IMG/VR virus record: IMGVR_UViG_3300035529_000070
Span: 122,114 to 183,532 of that record
Reading direction: 5' to 3' (one strand)
Source of the DNA: a virus
DNA length: 61,419 nucleotides
The notes beneath the pieces were generated by a model. The model ran no database searches and was not told where the DNA came from. It was given only the letters and a program-made list of their open reading frames with translations. A program made the translations under genes and the position numbers. Below are positions 18,207-28,302 of this stretch, one piece after another; the stretch's first letter is position 1; the number at the start of each line of letters is the position of its first letter.

Positions 18207-19889
18207 TTAGTAATAGTCAACTGATTCTTGAGGTATCCCAAAATCTCGTTCCTCTAAATGGGTATAAGCGTCAGGTGGTAAGGGTTCTTGAGATATTCTG
18301 GCATCGTATGGATCAATACGTCCTGTCCCTATACATGCTGCTAAATAACAAAAATTTAAGGCATGAAACGCATCATCAGGTTTCCCTTTTTCATGGGCAT
18401 AATATATTTGCCTTTGTTTCTCATTATAATCCTGATAAATATTCAAAAAATCTTCAGCAAAATTTTCCCATATCTCATATTTTGGGAATAAAATTCTTCT
18501 TTCTTTAATTCTTGACATAGTGTTAGTCATTGACTGCGTTCTACTTACTATATATTTGTATCCCTCTTTATCCCATCTAATTAATGTTTTAAGGTTTCCA
18601 TTTAAAGAAAACTCTAAAACTGAATCTCTTTCTGGGTTTTTCTGAACTAAATCCCTTCTCAATCTTGAGTTTATCCCTCCTGCTCCAATTCCCCAATCAA
18701 CGCCTACATATACTACTTTAAATAATTGAATTAATTTTAGTAAATCATTATGTACAAAATTCATTTCAGATTCTTTACCTTTATATTTTTTCATATATAC
18801 TACTCTAAATATGCCCTTAGAATCAAACCCGCCTATAGTAACAACAGTTAGAGATTCTAACCCTTCTTCTTTAGCAGAATATGTTGCCCAGTCTACCCCC
18901 ATATACAATGGTTTACCGTAGAACATTGAGCTATTATATGCCATATCCATCTTTCTATTCTCAGATGACATTCTCAAGATATCTTCACTCAAAGGAGTCA
19001 TAGCATCGTCAAAAGGTAAAGCTAATACTTCATTATGAAATTTATCTCTATCATAATTTTCCTTTTTATGTATTATATCATCCCAATCCACTGTAGGAGA
19101 TAATACTTGTGGTACTCTAATTCCAATAAAATATGCATCTTTAGGATCAACCATATTAACCCATTTTCCGTTTTCTTTATGAATATCTTTTTTACAATCA
19201 GGGTTATTACATATTAATCCCTTAGGGCCTATATTATCTTCATTTATAATATTCCATTTACCGCAATGAGTACATTTTATAGCGAACTCAGATTTTGTAC
19301 TCTCGTTCCATGTATCTTCAATTGGATTTCTAGATTTTTTTGGGGTTCCTGTATAGAACCTAAATCTATACTCTGAGCCTGACAAAGTTTCAGCAATAAT
19401 AGGTATATTTTCAGTAAGCAAATCCTGAATCTCATCTAAGCCAATCATATCTGCAGATATACCCCTAATATGGTCTGCGGTGAGATAAGAGCTTCTCAAT
19501 ATAATCTGCGAACCTGTACTAAAATCTTTTTGGAAAACATTATCTGTAGAAGATTTTGATTGCATATAAAACCTTTTTATATTAGGAGAAAATTGAATAA
19601 ATTGTCTAAGTTTTTGTGATGAAAAAATTTTTACTTGGTTTAAAGTTGGATTCACATGTAATATTTTGAAAAAAGGTTTAGTTGATGTATCAGTTACATA
19701 CTTAGAAGCTAGAGTTACTGACTTGCCAACTTGCCTTCCACATTTAGCCAAAAAACGTGGATGATCAAAATCGAAAAAAGGCCTAAAAAATTCTCGGCCT
19801 TTTAAACTAAATTGTTTATTATTAAATCTAAGCATTGCTTCGGCAAATTGAGATTTATATATTGTTATTTTTTTATTTTTTGTATCCAT
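18207..19889 (-). CDS. terL: Terminase large subunit
   Basis: Walker A GRQVGKS, Walker B GLDEIQD, coupling motif YTGTP, CxxC insert, RNase H-like GVDW ... PDDAFHA. Confidence 0.9.
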   Translation of the reverse strand: MDTKNKKITIYKSQFAEAMLRFNNKQFSLKGREFFRPFFDFDHPRFLAKCGRQVGKSVTLASKYVTDTSTKPFFKILHVNPTLNQVKIFSSQKLRQFIQFSPNIKRFYMQSKSSTDNVFQKDFSTGSQIILRSSYLTADHIRGISADMIGLDEIQDLLTENIPIIAETLSGSEYRFRFYTGTPKKSRNPIEDTWNESTKSEFAIKCTHCGKWNIINEDNIGPKGLICNNPDCKKDIHKENGKWVNMVDPKDAYFIGIRVPQVLSPTVDWDDIIHKKENYDRDKFHNEVLALPFDDAMTPLSEDILRMSSENRKMDMAYNSSMFYGKPLYMGVDWATYSAKEEGLESLTVVTIGGFDSKGIFRVVYMKKYKGKESEMNFVHNDLLKLIQLFKVVYVGVDWGIGAGGINSRLRRDLVQKNPERDSVLEFSLNGNLKTLIRWDKEGYKYIVSRTQSMTNTMSRIKERRILFPKYEIWENFAEDFLNIYQDYNEKQRQIYYAHEKGKPDDAFHALNFCYLAACIGTGRIDPYDARISQEPLPPDAYTHLEERDFGIPQESVDYY

Positions 19890-19891
19890 AT

Positions 19892-20080
19892 TTATACACC
19901 TTTTTCTACAGCTTCTCTACCAGCTTGAGTTACAATACCATTTTTGTTAATAAATCCATATTCTAATAGTATGTTTCTAAATTCTTCGTATTCTATAGGC
20001 AATTTACCATCATGAATATTTAAAGTATTTTTCAAAATGGAGATATATTCTGGATTAATATTTCCGTGTTTTTCCATCAT
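19892..20080 (-). CDS. Small hypothetical protein (wHTH-like LLEYGFI...VTQAGRE)
   Basis: 62-aa ORF, AGGAGG SD. Confidence 0.5.
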   Translation of the reverse strand: MMEKHGNINPEYISILKNTLNIHDGKLPIEYEEFRNILLEYGFINKNGIVTQAGREAVEKGV

Positions 20081-20082
20081 AA

Positions 20083-20466
20083 TTATTGTCCTCCTTTCAC
20101 TTTAGTTTTAATATTTCTTATCAACTCAGGATCTTTTATAAGCTGAATGTCATTATTGACGATATTATAAAGTTTAGATTCATCGCTATAACAATCAAAA
20201 TATCCTATAACATGGGCAACACTCTCGTCAGATGTTTGAATATCCACGACACCTCTTTTAACCATTACAGGAACAAAATAACCATCATTAGTAGTTTTCC
20301 TTATTATTAATGATGGGCTATGCAATTCAAAAGATTTATTAGATATTATAAAACGAATATCTTTATTGTTCCCCGTTATTTTGTATTGCTGTGGTAATCC
20401 TTCTTTAAAATGTTTAATGTAATTATTAGAGAACTTTTCTTCCTTTAACTTCAATACATATTCCAT
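20083..20466 (-). CDS. Hypothetical protein
   Basis: 127-aa ORF with SD. Confidence 0.55.
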   Translation of the reverse strand: MEYVLKLKEEKFSNNYIKHFKEGLPQQYKITGNNKDIRFIISNKSFELHSPSLIIRKTTNDGYFVPVMVKRGVVDIQTSDESVAHVIGYFDCYSDESKLYNIVNNDIQLIKDPELIRNIKTKVKGGQ

Positions 20467-20506
20467 ATATTTTCCCCCTTATAGTCAATATTCAAATATA
20501 GAAAAA

Positions 20507-21388
20507 TTATTTTTTGTTGTTTAGCTTATACAAAATTTTCATCAAAGTATTGTAATCCAATTTTTCAGTTCCTTCTTGTTGAGCTATTTTTTTAACCTCT
20601 TCAGTTAAGTCTTTATCTTCCCCCAACATTTTTCCTAAATTTGGGACTTTAGTTTGAACATGTTTTAATAATTCGTTTTCATCTATATCTTTATCTAACT
20701 GCTCTGTTATATCAAATAAATTGGAAACAGAATTATCTTCACCTAATCCAGAAAGCCCATTCAACAGATTCTTTATCATATTTGCAGTCTTATCAGTGTT
20801 TTTAGGGTTGGCCAATATTTTGCTTACCGCTTCTTCTAATTTAGCTGTTGACTTTTCATCTTTTTGTTGTATTGCCCTATAATCAAATTCATCTAAAGAT
20901 TTAACAGCTATTTGGGTAGTTGCTCTACCCCAATCATCGTTATATACTCTAATTTTAAAAAAATCTCCATAATCTTTTATATCATCATATTTTACTTCGT
21001 ATTTAAGTTCTCCAGAAATATCAGTTTTAGTTTCAATCGTTTTATCTCTTTCTATTTCTATATATACTGGTCTTTCTTTTCTTTCAGGAGCTTTTAAATA
21101 CAATTGTGTATTTTGTTTTTCATAAATAGTTAATCTTCTAGGGTATCTTTCCCAAGTCCTGTAAAAAGAGCCATCTTTAAAAAAGATATCATTTAATTGA
21201 GCATCTATATCTTTTTTAGGTGCATTTACTGCAACTACAACAGTATTATCATCCACAGTCGGGAAAACTAAATTATTCGAAGCCCATACTGAATAAGGTT
21301 TCCCTGATTCTTTATTTACAAGGACTAAACTGTATAAAGTATCTTTTCTCAAATTTTCAACAGCAACAACATCATATACTTTTAACAT
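20507..21388 (-). CDS. Hypothetical structural-region protein
   Basis: 293-aa ORF, GAGGTG SD. Confidence 0.6.
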   Translation of the reverse strand: MLKVYDVVAVENLRKDTLYSLVLVNKESGKPYSVWASNNLVFPTVDDNTVVVAVNAPKKDIDAQLNDIFFKDGSFYRTWERYPRRLTIYEKQNTQLYLKAPERKERPVYIEIERDKTIETKTDISGELKYEVKYDDIKDYGDFFKIRVYNDDWGRATTQIAVKSLDEFDYRAIQQKDEKSTAKLEEAVSKILANPKNTDKTANMIKNLLNGLSGLGEDNSVSNLFDITEQLDKDIDENELLKHVQTKVPNLGKMLGEDKDLTEEVKKIAQQEGTEKLDYNTLMKILYKLNNKK

Positions 21389-21402
21389 CTTTTTTCACCT
21401 CT

Positions 21403-22554
21403 TTAATTAACAGCTATGAAAATCAACAAATCAACATCTACCGTTGAACTTTGAGGAAAATCATAAGCATATATTTTGATTTTATATCCATCCCAAGCAG
21501 CCATAACATAATTAGGTGGTACATTTTTATTATCATTAACATTAATACCGACTAGCTTTTGCTGTACCATTATTCCTAATATTTCGCCAAAATTTTTCCC
21601 ACTTTCCAGCAAATTATTTTCTAAAGATAATTCAAATTCAACATATCTTCCTCTGCTAACAGATGTGTTGAGTTTTACTACTTTAGCTAATTGATTAGAT
21701 TTGATTTTAGTAGTAGTGGCATCCATAGATGAACCGGTTTTAAATCCGTTCTTATTATTTGGATATTGTAAATTCAAATAAGCCTCTGGCCTGCCAGGGT
21801 CTATATTGCTAGTTGCATTTATATTATATACGTCTACATATATATAATCGGATAAAGGTATAGGTTCATCAAAAGATAGGAATTTTTTCATGGCCGATTC
21901 TTTTGTATCATACAAGTCATCATGATCATGTTGTTTCGGTGCAAAAGATGTTTGCGTGAATAAATTCCCTGCATCGTCTTTTAATGCTGTAGTGTCTTCA
22001 ACAATATCATCTTTCTTATAATAATCAGACCCATGATTATGCTCTTTCATTGCCAAATCTTGTACACGAGTCCCATCTATTTCAACTGCATAAGGAACAA
22101 CATCATCTTTCTTATAATATTCTGGGTGATCATGTTCTTTTCTGGCAAAAGTTGAATGAGGAACCCCAGATAAATTTTCTGTCACTGTTATAATTTCATC
22201 TTTAGTAACATAATTATGAGTATGGTCTTTAGCGGCTAAATCTTTTGGACCATAATCGTTTATTCCATCAGTAATGTTATAAGCTGATTCTACAGTTTCC
22301 CCTTTCACTACATACTCATCATGTTCATGATCATTCATTGCTAATTCAGACAATTCTTTATTTAGAATTCTGTATGAATATTGTGAATGAGGGACCATGT
22401 GTTTTGAAATAGAAGGTAATAACATTTCTGATGTTTTAAAAGAATTAGCAACGTTTACAACTTCAGACATGTTAATAGCCGAATCTTTAGATGCTTTCAA
22501 AATATAATTCAGTATTTTTAATTTTTGCGATTCATCATTGATTAATCTCCCCAT
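21403..22554 (-). CDS. Tail fibre-like protein with His-x-His repeats
   Basis: DHEHDEY, DHTHNY, EHDHPEY, EHNHGSDY, QHDHDDLY spaced ~28-36 aa apart. Confidence 0.6.
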   Translation of the reverse strand: MGRLINDESQKLKILNYILKASKDSAINMSEVVNVANSFKTSEMLLPSISKHMVPHSQYSYRILNKELSELAMNDHEHDEYVVKGETVESAYNITDGINDYGPKDLAAKDHTHNYVTKDEIITVTENLSGVPHSTFARKEHDHPEYYKKDDVVPYAVEIDGTRVQDLAMKEHNHGSDYYKKDDIVEDTTALKDDAGNLFTQTSFAPKQHDHDDLYDTKESAMKKFLSFDEPIPLSDYIYVDVYNINATSNIDPGRPEAYLNLQYPNNKNGFKTGSSMDATTTKIKSNQLAKVVKLNTSVSRGRYVEFELSLENNLLESGKNFGEILGIMVQQKLVGINVNDNKNVPPNYVMAAWDGYKIKIYAYDFPQSSTVDVDLLIFIAVN

Positions 22555-24833
22555 TATATTTCCTCCTCAAAAGTAATTAGGGTAAATGGTACCCCATAAT
22601 TATTTACTGTGATCTCTTTTCCTGAAGAACTTGCTGAAAAACCAATTTTGCTCCAATCTATATTTGAGTTACTATTTATTAATGTATATGATTTATCACC
22701 ATTTTTTAATAAATGTGGCTCTATATATTTTGGGACACCTGTTTTAGCTACCCAAGAATTCAATGTCTGTACATAGTCTTTATCCATATTAAACTTTCCT
22801 GTTGGCTGTAAAAATACAGTTGATGGATTTGAATTATCTTTTTCTATTTTCAAATAATTTAGCATTTGGTATGGAGTTTTTATGATAGGTGTATGTCCTA
22901 TCAGCCTTCTCCATTCAGTATTAAACTTAGTCGATACTTCTTTAGATAATAAAATCAAGTTGCCACCTTGAGGGTTTGTTGCTGCAAATTTAGCAATAGG
23001 TACAAAAGGCTTCCGCAGTATAAACATATCATACATGCCAAATAAAAATTTAGCAGGCATCCAATCTATTTTAAAAAGAGTCATGTCAATATACATATGA
23101 AATAAAGTAACAGAATTCAAAACATTAAATAAAATTTGATCCATTAGAGAAAAAATATAATTTATACCCCAACATAAAAAATAATCTATAACTAACAGCA
23201 ATACAATAAACAAATCAAATATTTTCTTAAAGAAATTTTCAACCACCAAACTCAAAGTTTCTGTAATATATTCAAAAATATTAGATTCTTCTCCTAAGTC
23301 TGGTTTAGCAGGAACATCATAATACCAATAATATTCATTCTTATTTAAACCTTTTAAATATAATTTGTCATATCCACTTGGATAATTAGTTCCATTGTTA
23401 TACCAGCTATCTATATTAGAATAAAAAGATCCAATATGGTTGGTGTTTTTTAAAGTATGACCTGCAGATGTTTTTAAATTACCTACCCAACTTTTTGTTG
23501 TGGATTTAAATGAAGAAACAGATTTAGAATCTGTATAACTTCTACTATTTTTATTATACAAATATTGATTATCTCCAGATGTTTTTATTTCATCTTGTTT
23601 TTTCCCAGATTCTTTAAAACATTTATACATCGATCTATGCACATCAACATCAACAGTTTGATTATCTGGTGTATATTCTATAATTGGTTTAGGCCCTATT
23701 TCTTCCAATTTATTTTGTGTAGCTTTATTAGCAAATAAAATTATAAATTGAGTGGAAGCATTTTTACCATAAATATCTTTTAAATTTACCCCATCTAATC
23801 TTCCAGAAGAATTTATTAAACCTAGTAATAAAGAAGATGTATTGTCATTAGCAGGAATAGAAGGTTGATTAAATAAATTCCCTAAATCTAGCCCCAACTT
23901 TTTGTTCAAATCTCCAGGCATTGTTGCCCAATCATCATTACCAGAAAATACATTTCTCCTCCACGCGTTGTGAAAATCATTTAAACTAATATATCTGAAA
24001 ATATCTCCTGAAGATACCGTTGCAATTTCCCGTTCGAATCTATCAGTAGTTAAAATATTTGTATCAATAGTATCTATATTTTTTCTAACAGTAGTATTAT
24101 CCGGTATGTATCTGTAAATATTAACTTTCATTTTTTGGCTATTCGATTGTATTCCTTTAGAATTTTGTATACTAAAATCTTTTGGAGCAAAGATATCTTT
24201 TGCAAGTTCTTTTGTCATATAAATACTATTATGATTATGATTTTTTTTAGAAATATCATTTGGCTTAATAATTATAGTAGATGGTACTATGAAATCATTT
24301 ATCTGATTATAACGAGTTGCAAAAATACCATTTGCATATTTAGTTTTACCTTGAAAAGGAACAAAATCATTATGGAAATGTTGTTGCTCAGCAAAATATA
24401 TCTTTGGTGATATATAGGAATTATTATCAACATTATATAGTTTGTTTGCTAAAGAAAAATTTGTTTTATTGTTTTTTACATATTGATTATGACTATGACT
24501 ATATCCAGAAAAATCGTTCTTAGAGATTCCATTAATATCATCTTGAGTAAGTTTAACATTAATAGCTTTTTTAGTATATTCATTATGGGAATGTACCTTT
24601 TTAGACAAATCATCTAAAACGTATTCATCTAATTTAAAAGTTTTGTCAGGTATATCACCTTTTTCCAAGAAATCATGGGTGTGTTCTTTTAAAGAAAAAT
24701 CTACTGTTTGGCCTAAAATATTTTTGATATTTTTTGCAAATAATGTATTGAATTTCTTTATTTTAATTATCTGATTAAAAGAACTATATATAATCTTTTT
24801 TATAATATCATTAATCATCGTTATTCTCCTCAA
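22554..24833 (-). CDS. Tail fibre-like HxH-repeat protein, paralogue of 24811-28182, with hydrophobic segment
   Basis: EHTHDF, HSHNEY, HSHNQY, HFHNDF, HNHNSIY; FAPKDFSIQN; C-term NYGVPFTLITFEE. Confidence 0.6.
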   Translation of the reverse strand: MRRITMINDIIKKIIYSSFNQIIKIKKFNTLFAKNIKNILGQTVDFSLKEHTHDFLEKGDIPDKTFKLDEYVLDDLSKKVHSHNEYTKKAINVKLTQDDINGISKNDFSGYSHSHNQYVKNNKTNFSLANKLYNVDNNSYISPKIYFAEQQHFHNDFVPFQGKTKYANGIFATRYNQINDFIVPSTIIIKPNDISKKNHNHNSIYMTKELAKDIFAPKDFSIQNSKGIQSNSQKMKVNIYRYIPDNTTVRKNIDTIDTNILTTDRFEREIATVSSGDIFRYISLNDFHNAWRRNVFSGNDDWATMPGDLNKKLGLDLGNLFNQPSIPANDNTSSLLLGLINSSGRLDGVNLKDIYGKNASTQFIILFANKATQNKLEEIGPKPIIEYTPDNQTVDVDVHRSMYKCFKESGKKQDEIKTSGDNQYLYNKNSRSYTDSKSVSSFKSTTKSWVGNLKTSAGHTLKNTNHIGSFYSNIDSWYNNGTNYPSGYDKLYLKGLNKNEYYWYYDVPAKPDLGEESNIFEYITETLSLVVENFFKKIFDLFIVLLLVIDYFLCWGINYIFSLMDQILFNVLNSVTLFHMYIDMTLFKIDWMPAKFLFGMYDMFILRKPFVPIAKFAATNPQGGNLILLSKEVSTKFNTEWRRLIGHTPIIKTPYQMLNYLKIEKDNSNPSTVFLQPTGKFNMDKDYVQTLNSWVAKTGVPKYIEPHLLKNGDKSYTLINSNSNIDWSKIGFSASSSGKEITVNNYGVPFTLITFEEEI

Positions 24834-27800
24834 AGCTTATCAAAGTAAATGGTGCACCATAATTGCTTATTGTAGTAGTTAACCCTGAATCAACACTAAA
24901 ACTTAAATATTTTTGATCTAAATTGTGTTTACCTTGGATAGTTTTAACAGAATATTCAGCGTTGGTAATCTTAGTAGTACGATAGTATTTTGCAATAGGA
25001 ATTTTATAGCTCCAAAATTTGTATATTTTAGCTAAATCATCTGCATCATTGAAATTATAATTACCTGTAGATGAGATGAAATCAATCCCATTGTCTTTAT
25101 TAATTTTAACATTATTTAAAACTGTATACGGAGAATTAAAAACTTTTTGTACTCCAGTAATTCTATTCCAATCTTGATGAAAATTAGTTGTATATTCTTT
25201 TGAAAATATAACTATATTATTACCTTGAGGGTTACTACTTATGAACCTTGAAATAGGAACGAAAGGTTTTCTGTCTATAAAAGATGCAACTAAAGGCCGC
25301 AGTAACCCAATGAAAGGATATATCTTCCAATTAACTAATGTAATGGTTATAGTGGTGAATAATAAAGGTATATTTACTTGAATTAATATCCAGAAAACAA
25401 AAGTATAAAATGGTTTTATTATATTGATTAAAACATTATCAAGAAACGCCAATATGTAATTAAAACTCCAACATAAAAAATAATCTAAAAACAATAAAGC
25501 CATTATGAAAATATCAAATATTTTATTTAGCAAATTATCTGCTAATTTAGAAGCTGCTTCCATAATATATTCAAAAACATTTGAAGTTTCTCCATAATCT
25601 GGTTTTGAAGGCACAGAATAATGCCAATAATACTTTCTCTTATCTAAAGCTTTAAATTCAGGCGTTGGTGCCTGTATTTTATTGCTTAATAATTGTTTTT
25701 CCACAACATATTGTTTATCAGAAGAAACAGTTTCAGCTTCCTCCAACACTTGGTAGAAAGTGACATCATTGTTTTCTTTTCTAACCAAAGCAAAAATGGA
25801 ATTCCCATCGCTTACAGCCGGTATAGTAACTTGTGTTTGATATTTTCCGGTCTGGCTATTAAACCAAGTATAAAGGGGATATTCTTTTCCTTCTAAAAAG
25901 AAATGATATTCTTTTTCATTTATTTGAGAAATAGGATCTTTGAAATAGTAAACGCCATTCTGACCAGGCCCCGATAAAGTTTTCTCATATGAACCTTTCC
26001 CTTCAATACTCATCACACCAGCTTCTAATATAATATTACTTGCAGAAATACATAATCCTTGATCGCTATTTCCATCGATACATTCTTTTATTCCCGTACT
26101 AAAAATCTTAAATTCAGTAATATGCTGTTGATTAATATCTGGCATAATTTTCGCAACTAATGTTATTGATTTCCCAAGCTCACCTGTAAATCCTTTGATT
26201 CTATATTGGCTTTTTTCTCTTCCATCTGGATGAGCTATATATTCCACCTCTGCCTTTGGGACACCTCTTATTTCTGAATCGACATATCTATAATTAACAG
26301 GGACTGATAAATAGCCATTTTCTGTTACTACAGTTTCTCCTTTTACCTGAAGGGTGTTATTGTATTCTTCTAATTGGTAATAAGAACCAGGTGGCACATT
26401 GTCATATGCTTTCAAAGACTTTAGTTCCAGAACATCTTTCCAATCATTTTTTACATGATCATAATAAGTATATTGCCACCTTCCAGTAGGAGAAAATCCA
26501 GCATCAAAAGTTATTCTTTGATACTGCTTTTCATAAGTAAATCCATATATTTCAGAAGAACTTTCAGATAGTTTAAATGCAAATTCAGTGTCGTCATAAT
26601 CATCAAAAAAACTATGATCTAATAAATATACAAATTTTCTTCCAGATATTGACTTAATATCATCTGGATTATATTCTTCACCATCTGGTGTTGGTGCTCT
26701 AAAAAATATATGGCCATCTAATTTAGCTAAAGTTGCTGGAGCCCCAGCTGCTGAAGTAGATCCAGAAGTTCCTCCGGTAAAAGTTGAAAAAGGATAAGTA
26801 CCCCTGTTTGAATAAACAGACAGGCTTTTTAGCCAATTATCCAATTTATTTAGGGAAGGAGTTCTTGAATAAGTTCTTGTTTTTTTATTTGAATCTGCAA
26901 AATCATATACATATTTTTCTTGTGGATTTAACTCTACTTGGCCTAAATCCGGATCATTTTCTGTATTCAATACAGAAGCTTTGAAACTTTCATAAACAGG
27001 TGCGGTTAAAACAGAACTATCTAAATCATATTCTACTAAAGTTTTTGGACCATCATTCGTCAATTTGTCATAAGTACTTTTATTAAAAAAACCAACTAAA
27101 AATTTAGTAGAAGCAGCAGATCCAAATACATCATTATATGATTCCCCGTCTATTTTTTTATTTGTGTCCCATAAAATCCCATTCATCATATCCCCTGTGT
27201 TTTCATTACCAGGAATAAAAGGTTGATTAAATAAGTTTTGTATGTCTAAATTCATAATGTCATTCAAATCGCCAAATGGTTTACTGCTACTTATAAAATC
27301 TGTGATAGTGTTTCTGTTATAACCATAAGCAAATTTTTCTGCATCCATGTATTTGAAAACACTTCCTGCAGGTCTACTTAAATATTTAGTTTCAAATTCT
27401 TTTGTGGACATAAAATCAACAGGAAAAGTATTTACATTATGCATTGTTTTTCTGTCTGAAGGCTTATATCTATATATAGAAATCTTATACTTTCTATCGT
27501 CCATAAATCCTGAAGCCCTATTTATTTGAAAATCTTTTGGGGCAAAAATAGAAAGGCATTGGTTTTTAGTTAAATAAAAATTGTTATGATGATGTTCCCT
27601 CAAAGAAATATCCTCAGGATATAATACTTTTTTTGTATATTCTAAATTCCCTTGTTTATTAATATATATTATGCTATATAAACCTTTAGCATAAGTTGAT
27701 TTTCCAGAGAATTTTATAAAATTATTATGTATATGTTCTTTTGAGTCGATTGTTCTTTTCACAGAATAATAATTCCCTTGTTTGTACATTTTGTTTACTG

Positions 27801-28182
27801 TTGTGAATTTTTTCTTTTCTCTTTTAACATAAAAACTATGTACATGAGATTTTTTGGAAAGTTGTTGAGCTCTTATACCTTGAATTTCATCTTCTGTTTT
27901 TTTAACATTTAAATTGTTTTTCAAATAATCATGAGAATGATTTACAAAACTAAAATTTTTTATAGCTTTATTATTTATATTTATTGCCTTTTCAGCTATT
28001 TCCTCTTTTTTTAAAAAGTCATGATTATGATTATAACTTGAAAAATTTGGAGAAGAATATTCTCCATTATATTTTATTTTATTTATATTTATAGACCTTA
28101 AAGACCCGAATAGATGATGCTTTATGTTTATGTAAAAATATTTAAAATTTTCAATTATTTTTTTAGCAATAGGATTTACCAT
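24811..28182 (-). CDS. Large tail fibre-like HxH-repeat protein with central insertion
   Basis: HNHDF, HSHDY, HVHSF, HIHNNF, HHHNNF; FAPKDFQIN; C-term NYGAPFTLISFEE. Confidence 0.6.
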   Translation of the reverse strand: MVNPIAKKIIENFKYFYINIKHHLFGSLRSININKIKYNGEYSSPNFSSYNHNHDFLKKEEIAEKAININNKAIKNFSFVNHSHDYLKNNLNVKKTEDEIQGIRAQQLSKKSHVHSFYVKREKKKFTTVNKMYKQGNYYSVKRTIDSKEHIHNNFIKFSGKSTYAKGLYSIIYINKQGNLEYTKKVLYPEDISLREHHHNNFYLTKNQCLSIFAPKDFQINRASGFMDDRKYKISIYRYKPSDRKTMHNVNTFPVDFMSTKEFETKYLSRPAGSVFKYMDAEKFAYGYNRNTITDFISSSKPFGDLNDIMNLDIQNLFNQPFIPGNENTGDMMNGILWDTNKKIDGESYNDVFGSAASTKFLVGFFNKSTYDKLTNDGPKTLVEYDLDSSVLTAPVYESFKASVLNTENDPDLGQVELNPQEKYVYDFADSNKKTRTYSRTPSLNKLDNWLKSLSVYSNRGTYPFSTFTGGTSGSTSAAGAPATLAKLDGHIFFRAPTPDGEEYNPDDIKSISGRKFVYLLDHSFFDDYDDTEFAFKLSESSSEIYGFTYEKQYQRITFDAGFSPTGRWQYTYYDHVKNDWKDVLELKSLKAYDNVPPGSYYQLEEYNNTLQVKGETVVTENGYLSVPVNYRYVDSEIRGVPKAEVEYIAHPDGREKSQYRIKGFTGELGKSITLVAKIMPDINQQHITEFKIFSTGIKECIDGNSDQGLCISASNIILEAGVMSIEGKGSYEKTLSGPGQNGVYYFKDPISQINEKEYHFFLEGKEYPLYTWFNSQTGKYQTQVTIPAVSDGNSIFALVRKENNDVTFYQVLEEAETVSSDKQYVVEKQLLSNKIQAPTPEFKALDKRKYYWHYSVPSKPDYGETSNVFEYIMEAASKLADNLLNKIFDIFIMALLFLDYFLCWSFNYILAFLDNVLINIIKPFYTFVFWILIQVNIPLLFTTITITLVNWKIYPFIGLLRPLVASFIDRKPFVPISRFISSNPQGNNIVIFSKEYTTNFHQDWNRITGVQKVFNSPYTVLNNVKINKDNGIDFISSTGNYNFNDADDLAKIYKFWSYKIPIAKYYRTTKITNAEYSVKTIQGKHNLDQKYLSFSVDSGLTTTISNYGAPFTLISFEENNDD

Positions 28183-28249
28183 GCAACACCTCCACCAATA
28201 TATATAATAACATATAGAAAAAGAAAAATTGGTTTTTCCCTTTATAGAT

Positions 28250-28278
28250 TTGACAAAAACGGTTTTTGCTGTTAAAAT
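28250..28278 (+). promoter_or_regulatory. sigma70-type promoter TTGACA-17-TAAAAT with TG extension
   Basis: ttgacaaaaacggtttttgctgttaaaat upstream of 28303. Confidence 0.7.
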
Positions 28279-28302
28279 TAAAAAGAATACAAAATTAAGG
28301 AG

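Noticed and set aside
155-27529. Many short + strand ORFs in the track overlapping the structural genes (e.g. 3717-4073, 11261-11617)
   Set aside because: Antisense shadows of long minus-strand genes; no SD, F/L/S/I-rich composition
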